A DNA stretch of 40,000 nt from NCBI GenBank assembly GCA_963798575.1, contig CAWCTL010000005.1, positions 1,392-41,391 on the forward strand, in the 5' to 3' direction. Below, in pieces: positions 26,690 to 35,107 of this stretch; positions within the stretch are counted from its first letter, which is position 1; each line of letters starts with the position of its first letter. The notes beneath the pieces are model-generated. The model ran no database searches. It worked only from the letters and a program-made list of their open reading frames with translations, and was not told the origin of the DNA. The DNA is from an uncultured Alphaproteobacteria bacterium (GTDB taxonomy: Bacteria; Pseudomonadota; Alphaproteobacteria; Rhizobiales; Rhodomicrobiaceae). A program made the translations under genes and the position numbers.

Positions 26690-27820
26690 ATGAGATGGAT
26701 CACCAGGGCCTTGACGGCCACTCTAGCAGTAACCTGTGCGCACGCTCAGCAAGCCCCCAAGCAAGCTCAAACTCCGTCGGAACTTGATCCCGTTCACTTG
26801 GTCTTTGTCGCGGGAGAGCACTTGGGAATGGCGGAAGCCCTGGCTGAGGGCTGCGAGACGGCAGTGGTTGATCCCCAAAAGAAGCAAGGGGCCACGGCTA
26901 ACCTCAAGGACGCCTATAGGGAGACTTTCAGAAAGGGTTTTGCGCTGGGATGGCGTGAGGCGCGCGAGGTCGCCCGCAAGATGGAGATCAAGGGCACTTT
27001 TCAGCAGAAGTTTTGTCTCCTTGGCCTTACTCTGTACGGCCCGAACGGCACCAGCGTAAAGGACCTCATCGTTCTGCTTCGCACGGGGTCGCTCCCGGAC
27101 CCCTCGCAGGCGGGGAGGGCTCCTATCCAGGACCCTTCGCAGGAGGGTGAGGTCCCCAGCCCCCAGCCCCCAAACGGCTTGGCCCCGGCATCGGCCTACG
27201 CCCAGCGTCCAACGACCCCAGTGCCGGACACCGTACAGGCCCAGTTCCAGCAGGAGGACGACTACAAGCACCCGGCCCCGAGCTTCATCAATCGGTTCAA
27301 GATGGGGCTCTATGACGGTGAATTGGGGTGGATGTTTGAGAGCAATCCGTTGGCTCGCCCCGACCCCAACTTCATGCCTACCTCGGAGTGGGTCAAGCGG
27401 CACGCTGACCCGGAAGCCCTGAATAACTGGCCCAACGCCTTCAACAGGGCGGTCTCTGAGCAGGACTTCGAGAACACTAACGACTACCTCAAGAACGTCA
27501 TTGCGAACCAAAAGGCTCTAGCCAAGGCCCCCTATTTCGCGAACCTCCCGATTGTGGGCAAGTTGGACGCGGCGCAGATTTTGTCAGGGCTTGTCGACCC
27601 ATTCCGCCTCGCGGCGATGCTGCTCATGGCCGGTCTCGTTGGTCCCTGTCTGAGGGCGGGCCGGGGGCGTCTCAGCGCAACCGCAAGGAGCATGGGGCTT
27701 AGCGCGGGAGCCAACGTCGCAGCGACTGCCGTCTTGGCTCAGCTCAACCCAGCCATCTCCAATGAAGCGTACGCGGCTGCGGTCGCGAGCGGTCTCCTCT
27801 TCGGGGCAATCGTGGCCTAG
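26690..27820 (+). CDS. Secreted/membrane-anchored hypothetical protein
   Basis: Signal peptide MRWITRALTATLAVTCAHA-QQ, a Pro/Gln-rich linker and C-terminal hydrophobic segments. The antisense ORF 26723..27511 was rejected. Confidence 0.65.
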   Translation: MRWITRALTATLAVTCAHAQQAPKQAQTPSELDPVHLVFVAGEHLGMAEALAEGCETAVVDPQKKQGATANLKDAYRETFRKGFALGWREAREVARKMEIKGTFQQKFCLLGLTLYGPNGTSVKDLIVLLRTGSLPDPSQAGRAPIQDPSQEGEVPSPQPPNGLAPASAYAQRPTTPVPDTVQAQFQQEDDYKHPAPSFINRFKMGLYDGELGWMFESNPLARPDPNFMPTSEWVKRHADPEALNNWPNAFNRAVSEQDFENTNDYLKNVIANQKALAKAPYFANLPIVGKLDAAQILSGLVDPFRLAAMLLMAGLVGPCLRAGRGRLSATARSMGLSAGANVAATAVLAQLNPAISNEAYAAAVASGLLFGAIVA

Positions 27821-28293
27821 GCCGTGGCTACCGTTATGCCCGTGGGTGCGGGGCAGAACTAAGCGAACCAACAAAACTACGTCGTGCTAACGCTTGGATG
27901 GGGCTAAAGGGGTGCCTTTTGCCCTGTCCCGCCTCCCGTGATGTCGCACGTACGTAATGCCTCCCCGATAATTTTTTGGTGGGAATTTACGAGTGCCTAA
28001 TCGGACCTTACAGCCCGCGCGCATCCCCCCCTTGCCGCCCTCCAGCGCCAATATTGCGGCCAATAACTTCAAGTTTTGCCTCCTTCAAGAGCGATATAGA
28101 AAGACTTAGTTGCAGTATTAACACACAAAGACGCGGTGCAGCCAAGCATTTATTCGTCGCTCCAAGGCGGTTGCTCTGGCGTAAGCTTGAATATTCCAGC
28201 ATATTCTGCTATCAGTAGTGCATTCTACTTCCGCATGACCTCGGCTTCAAGGCATACAGCCAAGCGTCCATCTAGCTAAACATTGGAGGGAAT

Positions 28294-29010
28294 ATGCATT
28301 CACCCGGATGGCGGGCCGCGTCCGCTGGGCTGGGCGCGGCTGCGGCTGGGCTTGGCATGTACGGTGCGTACCAGTTTGGGTACAAGCTTGAAGGCGGGGT
28401 GTCCTATCTCACTATCGCCGCGCCGGTTGTCGCGCTGGCCGCGGCGCTCATCCCGCCCTTCGCCGAGGAAGCTTGGCGATCCCGGCAGTATGGGAAGTCC
28501 TTGCTGTGGTGGGCGGTCTTAGTCCCCGCCGCGCTCACAGTGTTCTTTGGGACGGCGGAGCGTGTGCATGTGGCGAAGGCGGGGCCGCAAGCGGAACGTC
28601 AGGCGCTGCGCAACGCGGTCGAGCGTGTCAAACAAGAGCTGGCAGAGGCCAAGCGGGAAGCGACTGAGGCGCAAGCCAAGGCGCTCAAAGCTGAGGCCAA
28701 GACGGCCTGTAAGGCGTCATGCAGGGAAGCGAAGCAGGCGCGGGAAGAGGCCAATGCCCGCGTTGAGACTGCGGAGCGCTCCCTTGTGGGGGCTGAGGCC
28801 AAAGCGGCCACAGAGGCAAGCCTCAAGGCCCCTGAGTGGCTGCTTCCGGCGTCCCTGGACTGCATCGCCTTCATGGGCATCTGGAGCGGTCTTGCGAGGC
28901 CGCGTCCGGGATCACCCAAGGCGGCATCGAGAAAGAATGCGAAGGCCAAGGCGCGCAAGCCCAAGGCCAGGACGCCGGACGCAATGGGGGGCTTGAGGGT
29001 TGTAAAGTGA
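28294..29010 (+). CDS. Membrane protein with Ala/Glu/Lys coiled coil and a basic tail
   Basis: GGAGGG 5 nt upstream of the ATG. N-terminal TM helices are followed by ELAEAKREATEAQAKALKAEAK..., a further TM segment and a KAKARKPKAR tail. Confidence 0.65.
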   Translation: MHSPGWRAASAGLGAAAAGLGMYGAYQFGYKLEGGVSYLTIAAPVVALAAALIPPFAEEAWRSRQYGKSLLWWAVLVPAALTVFFGTAERVHVAKAGPQAERQALRNAVERVKQELAEAKREATEAQAKALKAEAKTACKASCREAKQAREEANARVETAERSLVGAEAKAATEASLKAPEWLLPASLDCIAFMGIWSGLARPRPGSPKAASRKNAKAKARKPKARTPDAMGGLRVVK

Positions 29011-29169
29011 TTGTCAGGCGGGGGCGGGAACTCCCCCGCATTCCGCTTGGGGACAGGGAAGCACCAAAGCACAGGCTCGGATCAGCGATGGTCCGGGCCT
29101 TTTTTGTCGGCGGGAGCTGCGGAGGCGCGGCGGTGATGCCGCTATAAGAAGTAAGACATCCCCGCAGCG

Positions 29170-29275
29170 TTTGCGTAACGCGGATTTCGTAACGCGATTA
29201 CGTTACGATTTAGGTTGACTAAAGCTCCGCTTTCCCGTAATGATCGCGTAGGAACGAAAACTACCGTTTTCGTGC
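29170..29275 (+). promoter_or_regulatory. res-like cluster of recombinase binding-site repeats
   Basis: CGTAACGCG occurs twice (29174-29182, 29188-29196). Inverted pair CGTAACG-CGATTA-CGTTACG (29188-29207) and palindrome ACGAAAAC-TACC-GTTTTCGT (29254-29273). All lie directly upstream of the serine recombinase gene. Confidence 0.4.
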
Positions 29276-29298
29276 CACTCGGGGAGGGGAGAAAAGAC

Positions 29299-29949
29299 AT
29301 GCTAATTGGCTACATGAGAGTTAGCAAAGCGGACGGCAGTCAGGTGCTAGACTTGCAGCACGACGCGCTTATCGCGGCGGGCGTGGAGCCGACGCACATT
29401 TATGAAGACAAGTGTAGCGGCTCCAAGGATGACCGGCCCGGCTTGGCGGCCTGCCTCAGGGCGCTGCGCAAGGATGACGTGCTCGTTATTTGGAAGCTCG
29501 ACCGGCTAGGGCGCAACCTCAGGCACCTAATCGAGACGATTGATGACCTCACCAAGCGCGGCGTCGGCTTCAAGGTCCTGCAAGGCGCACCCGTTGATAC
29601 CACCACAAGCCAGGGCAAGCTCATGTTCACGATGTTCGCGGCGCTCGCCGAGTTCGAGCATGATGTGATCCGCGAGCGCACCATTGCGGGGCTTGCCGCA
29701 GCCCGCGCACGGGGCCGTGAGGGTGGCAGGAAATCGGCTTTCGATAAGAACATGCTGGCACGCGCTCAGGCCGGGGTGCGCGACCGCAGCATGAGCATCA
29801 ATGCCCTCTGTGCGGAGTTGGGGATCAGTAAGCCTACGCTTTACCGGAACCTAACGCCGGAAGGCGAACTAACGGAAGCGGGCAAGCGTGTCATGTCAGG
29901 CAAGCGGGCCAAGCCGAGAAACGGGAACGGAAAGAAGGCGGCAGCCTGA
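29299..29949 (+). CDS. Serine recombinase (resolvase/invertase family)
   Basis: MLIGYMRVSKADGSQVLDLQ (catalytic Ser region)...DRLGRN...C-terminal HTH ISKPTLYRNL. ATG at 29299 with GGGGAGGGGA upstream; the track start at 29215 is TTG. Confidence 0.9.
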   Translation: MLIGYMRVSKADGSQVLDLQHDALIAAGVEPTHIYEDKCSGSKDDRPGLAACLRALRKDDVLVIWKLDRLGRNLRHLIETIDDLTKRGVGFKVLQGAPVDTTTSQGKLMFTMFAALAEFEHDVIRERTIAGLAAARARGREGGRKSAFDKNMLARAQAGVRDRSMSINALCAELGISKPTLYRNLTPEGELTEAGKRVMSGKRAKPRNGNGKKAAA

Positions 29950-30160
29950 GCGCTGCCGTCACCGTTTTAGCGGGCGTAAGCGGTCAGGCGGATTTGCTAA
30001 ACAGGCGCTGCCTATGCTAAGCTTCCGCTTGTTACCAGCCCCCGGAACGAACCGATTAGCGCGCGCGTGCTACGAAGGGCGGGAGGGGGCATTCAACTCA
30101 ATGTAAGCGCCGACGCCATGCCTCCGCTAATGAAGGAACCAAGTATGGGGGGCCGTTATC

Positions 30161-30829
30161 ATGTTCCGTATTTTTCGCCGCAAGCGACACCGGCATGAGA
30201 ATTTGAATAAGTTTCGAGAGCGGCTGATCGAGCTGGGCATTAATCCCTCCGAGGAGTACGCGGAGATTGCGACTTGCGGGTTAATTGGGGGCGCATTTGC
30301 TCGTTTGGTCAACGGCAACCGTCATCTAAAACTCCCATCCGCCATGACAGACCATTCAATCACCGTCTTGATGGTTGGCTTGATTGCGGTCGATATGGCA
30401 GCGCAAATATCAGCAACCGAGCCATTTGAGTTAGCCGCTATCCTTATACCGCCCACAATCTTCGACGAGATCGATCAAGAGAAGGCAGCGGACGAAATGG
30501 GTGCTGCATTTCACGAAGCTACACACCTACTCAATCGTCTCCGTAGAATACAGCCAGGACAAATCTTATTGCGGTATATAGCATCTATGTTTGCAAGTTG
30601 GGCTTTGAAACGTGAGAACGGTGGAATAAACAACATGCGGACAAGGCTGCCAGAAATTATTCAACTTGTTGGGACTTTGAGATCCGCGTCCCAGGACCGA
30701 GAGGCCCTTGCCCATTCAGCCACAACGCTCAAGAACGGGGACATTGTCCACTACCTCTCGGTAGGGAGCCGGGGCGAGGCCAGGGCTCGGGAGGTGCGCA
30801 AAGGGCTCGGTTTCCCCGAGGACGTATGA
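30161..30829 (+). CDS. Hypothetical protein (lower-GC gene)
   Basis: 222 aa with no recognisable domain. Composition is visibly AT-richer than its neighbours. Confidence 0.6.
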   Translation: MFRIFRRKRHRHENLNKFRERLIELGINPSEEYAEIATCGLIGGAFARLVNGNRHLKLPSAMTDHSITVLMVGLIAVDMAAQISATEPFELAAILIPPTIFDEIDQEKAADEMGAAFHEATHLLNRLRRIQPGQILLRYIASMFASWALKRENGGINNMRTRLPEIIQLVGTLRSASQDREALAHSATTLKNGDIVHYLSVGSRGEARAREVRKGLGFPEDV

Positions 30830-31392
30830 GACACAGAAGGGGCAACGTCAGAAGAACCTTGTTATTCAGAGACGGTAGAGCGCACGGGCCCCGCCTGACG
30901 AAATCGGGACACAATAGCCTGTTACAATCCTGAGCATAGGTTAGTTGAGGCTGCGCCCGACTGACCCGCAGCCGGCCCCGAACTCCCGTCGTGCCTGTCC
31001 CTCCGGGGGTGGACGCAATTCTTGGAGACAATCCCGCCGCATGGCATGTCGCGTACCGTACTGTAATGCCCCCCACGCGACGCTGGGGGTCCCCTGTTCT
31101 ACCCATAAGGCCACTTTCTCAAGACGGCGCGGTTACAGACATCCAAACCTCCACGCCCAGCTCTCCTCATGTATGCCCCCATACGTACCCCACCAAGCCG
31201 CGAGCGTGCGCGTGCGTGCGCCTGTTGTTTTCGTGAACAGGACCCGCCGCCATGCACGGGGGCAGGCATGGCGGGCCTGCTTGTGCAGACCTTGGGATTG
31301 CCGGGGGGGATGCCCGCTAAGAAAGAGGCTGAGGACACAGCCAAAGGAAAGCAGCACACCGCGAAGTTGGGGGAAGCAGTGAGGGCGACGCA

Positions 31393-32262
31393 ATGACCGC
31401 CGAAGGTGAAATGCAGGCCGACGGGGCCGGGGAAGAGGCGGGGGGGCCGGAAGGGGAGGCGGCGGAGCTTTATGAGCCTAACGCAAGCCTTGCCGAGTTG
31501 AAGGAGAAGATGGCCAAAGGGCGGCCTGACGGGGAGCTTCCTAAGCGGCTGCCTTTGGGGCACGTTAAGGTGGCCCCCGGACTGTTCCAGCCGCGCGGGA
31601 TAAGCGAGAAGCATATTGGAGACCTTGTGCGGGCATTGAACAGCAAGGGGGCGTGGGAGGACTTGGAAAGGGTCCTTGTGATGCCGGTAGGACATGAAGC
31701 CTATCTTATCGAGGGCCATCACCGCCTCGCGGCATATGAGCGGGCGGGCCGCGAGGTCATTCCCGTGCGCTATTTCACGGGGAGCCTTGAAGAGGCCCTG
31801 CTGCGGGCCGGGAGGGAGAATAGCAGGGCTAAGCTCCCCATGACCCCGAGCGAGCGTCAAGAGTTCGCTTGGCGGCTCGTGCGGATGGCCTTGGCTTGTC
31901 ATTCAAAGAGGGACATTGCGGAGGCTGCGGGGGTATCCCCCCGTCAAGTTGCGACTATGCGCAAGGTAAGGCGCGAGCTGGGAGACGCCGCATACGATGC
32001 CCGGACATGGCGGGGGACATGGAGCCGCTATAAGGGGCTGGTAGGCGACGCCGGGGACTGGGATCGGGATGCGTGGCTTGAGGAACAAGTGAACGAATGG
32101 GCGGATAGGATGGCAAAGACTTTCGGCACCAAGCTTTCAAACAACATCGAGTTGGCCGCGAGGACCCTCGAAGCCTACTTTGGGAGAAGAATGCCGGACC
32201 TTGCGAAAGAGCTGGCGCACCACATTCCCGAAGACGAAGAGAACGAATTCGATTTTTGCTAG
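31393..32262 (+). CDS. ParB/Srx-like N-terminal domain protein with HTH
   Basis: VKVAPGLFQPRG...YLIEGHHRLAAYERAG...EEALLRAGRENSRAKLPMTPSERQ...IAEAAGVSPRQV matches the ParB N-terminal domain plus HTH layout. Confidence 0.8.
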   Translation: MTAEGEMQADGAGEEAGGPEGEAAELYEPNASLAELKEKMAKGRPDGELPKRLPLGHVKVAPGLFQPRGISEKHIGDLVRALNSKGAWEDLERVLVMPVGHEAYLIEGHHRLAAYERAGREVIPVRYFTGSLEEALLRAGRENSRAKLPMTPSERQEFAWRLVRMALACHSKRDIAEAAGVSPRQVATMRKVRRELGDAAYDARTWRGTWSRYKGLVGDAGDWDRDAWLEEQVNEWADRMAKTFGTKLSNNIELAARTLEAYFGRRMPDLAKELAHHIPEDEENEFDFC

Positions 32263-32312
32263 GGGGTGTGCAGTCCCTACGGTGTGCATTTTGCACAGGG
32301 GGCGGGGACGGC
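32263..32312. repeat. ~45-bp imperfect direct repeat, copy B
   Basis: GGGGTGTGCAGTCCCTACGGTGTGCATTTTGCACAGGGGGCGG contains the hairpin GTGCA-TTT-TGCAC. It starts 1 nt after the ParB-like stop. Confidence 0.6.
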
Positions 32313-32598
32313 GCGGGCTACCCAGCGCGCCCCCTTCCTAGAGGGACCCTAAATGCGGGTGTGTGCGTACCAGCCCGGGGCAGGCGCGGCGGGAACCGTT
32401 TCATCCCCCGGCAGGGCCTCTTTCTCCGGCCCCGTGAATATCGAAGGCGAAAGACCCAAACCTGACATGTATTCCTCCGGGGACCTGCTCAAGATTGGGC
32501 CAAACGAACCCTAACGGGAGGGCTCCGCTAAGGCGGGAGACAAGCAACCCAATGCCTCCTATTTGAACGTCAGCGAGGATTTTAAGCCGAACATTCTG

Positions 32599-32628
32599 TA
32601 TCTTTTCTACTTTCTGCATCTTTTCTAC
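32599..32628. repeat. Iteron/operator-like direct repeats
   Basis: ATCTTTTCTAC at 32600-32610 and 32618-32628, in an AT-rich patch of a 614-nt ORF-poor gap. Confidence 0.35.
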
Positions 32629-32876
32629 GCACACTGTCATACGAACTTTCCGTTCCACCAAGAAGTTACTCGCCTACGCTTCTAGCGATAGCGGCTAAGC
32701 TTAGGGCGCGCCTAGAGTCCGCGTCAATGTCAGGTGATAGGATTTGCCAATGTATGTGGCATAATCGCTACAGCCAAGCCGCAGGTCCGGCTTCACAACG
32801 TTTCCATGTTGAGCGATGCTAGGCACGGTGTGAGGCGGCCCACGCCGGTGAGAGGCGGGACGCTTAGGGGGGAAAG

Positions 32877-33221
32877 ATGAGTGTAGCGTTTCTGATCGTA
32901 CTTGCGTTCGCTCTAAGCTTTATGTTCGGGCGGCTGTTCGGCAATAAGACAAAACGCATGGTGGCGAAATTGGAGCAGATCATGATGACGATGGAGGCCG
33001 CAGCCAAAGCTGGGAACTTGGAGGTGCTCCACCACGCGACGCGGCAGCAACTTAACGTTTTGCATTGGTTGCATATCGAAGGTGAGTGGCCGGAGGAGCG
33101 CGTCATGGAGTTCATCGAGAAGCGCGGGCTGGTTCGCTCTCCCCACGACCCCGCCGTTCATGCCCTTTTAGTTGAGACGGTGCGCAAGGCGGAACAGCGA
33201 TATGGGCTGGCGGGTCAATGA
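32877..33221 (+). CDS. Hypothetical small protein with an N-terminal TM helix
   Basis: MSVAFLIVLAFALSFMFGRLF, with GGGGGAAAG upstream. ATGA overlap with the next gene. Confidence 0.55.
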   Translation: MSVAFLIVLAFALSFMFGRLFGNKTKRMVAKLEQIMMTMEAAAKAGNLEVLHHATRQQLNVLHWLHIEGEWPEERVMEFIEKRGLVRSPHDPAVHALLVETVRKAEQRYGLAGQ

Positions 33222-33907
33222 CGCAGCGTCAAGCCCCTCAGGGACAGGACTACCAGCCCGACCCATTCGAGGTCCAGATTGCAGCGCTGGTGATCCTCTA
33301 CCGGAGCGAGTTTCTAGGCCACGACCGCAGCACCTTTGCGGAGCTTATTAGCCTGTCCAAAGACTGTCTCGACTACGGGAGGCGATTGGAGAAGCTAAGC
33401 GGAAAACCATCGCCATTTGACCCGCACGCCAAGGAGGAAGCCACCCCGGCAGTGGTCTTCTTTGAGAGCGATGAGTTCGTAGGCCACACCCAGCATGTCC
33501 CGAAGCCTTCAATCGGGATGGAGATCAGGCACTTCCGCCTGATGCCGCGTGCTGAGGCCGAAAGGTCGCAGCTTGGCCCGACACCGGCGGCGGCTCGCTC
33601 GCTTGCTGTTGTCTCCCTCATTCAACATCCCCGCATGGCCTGGGAGGTCTTGCATGCAGAGACCAGGGAGCACCGCCGCCGTCAGGGCATTGGAACCATG
33701 CTTTACGACCGGATTGCCGCCTTCCTCGACACAAAGCTTTGGCCTTCCGGCTGGCTGTCGGACGATGGCTATCGCTTTTGGCAGAAGCGGAACGGCGAAG
33801 CCGTCCAGTGGCATCGCCAGCTCGACTATTTGCCGGGGCTGTGGCTCAGTCCGAAGCAGCTCCTAACCTTACAGGCCATCGCTGAGGCAAAGCTGGCGTT
33901 GGCATAG
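33218..33907 (+). CDS. Hypothetical protein with a weak GNAT-like motif
   Basis: HRRRQGIGTMLYDRIAAFL resembles GNAT motif A (R/Q-x-x-G-x-G/A). The assignment is tentative. Confidence 0.55.
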   Translation: MTQRQAPQGQDYQPDPFEVQIAALVILYRSEFLGHDRSTFAELISLSKDCLDYGRRLEKLSGKPSPFDPHAKEEATPAVVFFESDEFVGHTQHVPKPSIGMEIRHFRLMPRAEAERSQLGPTPAAARSLAVVSLIQHPRMAWEVLHAETREHRRRQGIGTMLYDRIAAFLDTKLWPSGWLSDDGYRFWQKRNGEAVQWHRQLDYLPGLWLSPKQLLTLQAIAEAKLALA

Positions 33908-34015
33908 ACGGCGGCCTTCACCACGGTTGCCTTTGGAACACGGAGCTGGTACACATTCTTAATCGAGGAAGCGAAAAAGGGCTTGTGGATCAGTGGGTAA
34001 GATGTGATCGGCCTA

Positions 34016-34034
34016 AGTCCTCTTCTGGGCACCA
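34016..34034. repeat. att-type repeat: third copy of the tRNA-Leu 3' end
   Basis: AGTCCTCTTCTGGGCACCA (19 nt) is identical to the tRNA 3' end. An integrase stub starts 86 bp downstream. Confidence 0.8.
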
Positions 34035-34119
34035 TCCCCTTCTCAAGGGATTGATTTACAAAGAATTCATGCGAAATCAGGGACTTCAGGCTGCCCGAGT
34101 GGTACAAACGGGTGGTACA

Positions 34120-34383
34120 ATGGCTCTTGCAATGTCACGTCCCTGGAAGCATCCCAAAACTGGCATTTACTGGCTTCGGAAGGCTGTTCCCGAAGACCTC
34201 CGATCTCTTGTCGGCAAGAGGGAGGAGAAGCGTAGCCTCAAGACCCGAGATCCTGGGGAAGCCAAGCGCCGGCTCCTAGAGGCGCCTACGGAGCTCGAAG
34301 TCCGATGGGCGAACTTGCGGGCTGGCCCAAAACGCCTGACCGAGCGAGACGCCCATGAGCTTGCTGTCACGATCCATGATTAG
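34120..34383 (+). pseudogene. Truncated tyrosine integrase (N-terminal 87 codons only)
   Basis: MALAMSRPWKHPKTGIYWLRKAVPEDL parallels MVLRMSRPWRHPRTGTWYLRERIPRDT of the 24888 integrase. The upstream leader is also similar (TGGTACA.ACGGG). The ORF stops far short of the catalytic domain. Confidence 0.8.
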
Positions 34384-34409
34384 TAGTTGGAGAGGTATCG
34401 CGACAATCC

Positions 34410-34796
34410 CAGCGAGCAGGTGTTCTGGCGGCTAAAGGCGAGACCTTCGCGACCGCGCTCGAGTCGCTGGAAAAGCTTGCCCAGGCCGGAATCAAGCGCT
34501 CGGTGATGATCCTCAACGGTTCAGGCGGCCAGGCGCTGTCGCAGCAGCACGCTATAAACTCGGCCCGGCTATTGAATGCCGCTCAGCCTGAGTATCTCGC
34601 CACCTTGGTCGTGAGCTTTCCGCAGGGCGAAGAGCGCCTGCGCGCCGGCTTTCCGGGCTGGGAACCGCTCAGCGTGCTGGGGCTGATGCAGGAAATGCAG
34701 CTGTTCATTTCCACGCCGGAGCCGAAGCGAACCATATTCCGCAGCGACCACGCCTCAAACTGGCTTGTGCTGAAGGGCACGGCGGGGGGCGGATAA
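34410..34796 (+). pseudogene. C-terminal fragment of a radical-SAM-family protein
   Basis: The open frame GVLAAKGETFATALESLEKLAQAGIKRSVMILNGSGG...RSDHASNWLVLKG resembles the distal part of a radical SAM barrel. There is no CxxxCxxC N-terminal part, and the fragment abuts the integrase stub. Confidence 0.5.
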
Positions 34797-35107
34797 GCCC
34801 CGGCTCCTGCAAGAGTTGGCGGCGGCCATTGCCTCAGGCGGCCCCGCTGCGGCCTGCATGGGCGCGCGGCCTGTAGTTGGGCAAGCTCAAAGAGGCGGCA
34901 AGCTTTCGCTTAGTAACTGTCACAATCTTTCATAAACGCCTGCACTCTTTTTCCAAACTTCATAAGAACTCAACCACTATCACACTTTGGTTGTGTCCAT
35001 AATACTAGAATTTGAATAATAAAGGTAATCATAGTGCAAATCTGACACAGACCTCCGATTACGACTCGCTTATCTACTGGAGCGTGTCTCATGGAGGATT
35101 ACAGGCT

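Larger units (their letters stand above)
24785..34034. mobile_element. Integrative island 2 (~9.2 kb), in tandem with island 1
   Basis: Bounded by tRNA-3'-end repeats at 24785-24800 and 34016-34034, with the integrase at the left end. Confidence 0.75.

Noticed and set aside
26723-27511. 262-aa minus-strand ORF
   Set aside because: It is antisense to a gene with a clear signal peptide and a coherent domain layout.
29215-29298. TTG start at 29215 extending the serine recombinase
   Set aside because: Resolvase/invertase proteins begin at the MxIGYxRVS motif, and ATG 29299 has a strong ribosome-binding site. The extension overlaps the res-like repeats.
31099-31902. 267-aa minus-strand ORF spanning the ParB-like gene start
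   Set aside because: It is antisense to recognisable ParB motifs, and its translation is Pro/Arg/Leu-rich with no features.
35012-35107. TTG start at 35012 extending the Cyc2-like ORF by 32 codons
   Set aside because: The extension precedes the signal peptide and lies in an AT-rich promoter-like region. ATG 35108 has a GGAGGA ribosome-binding site.
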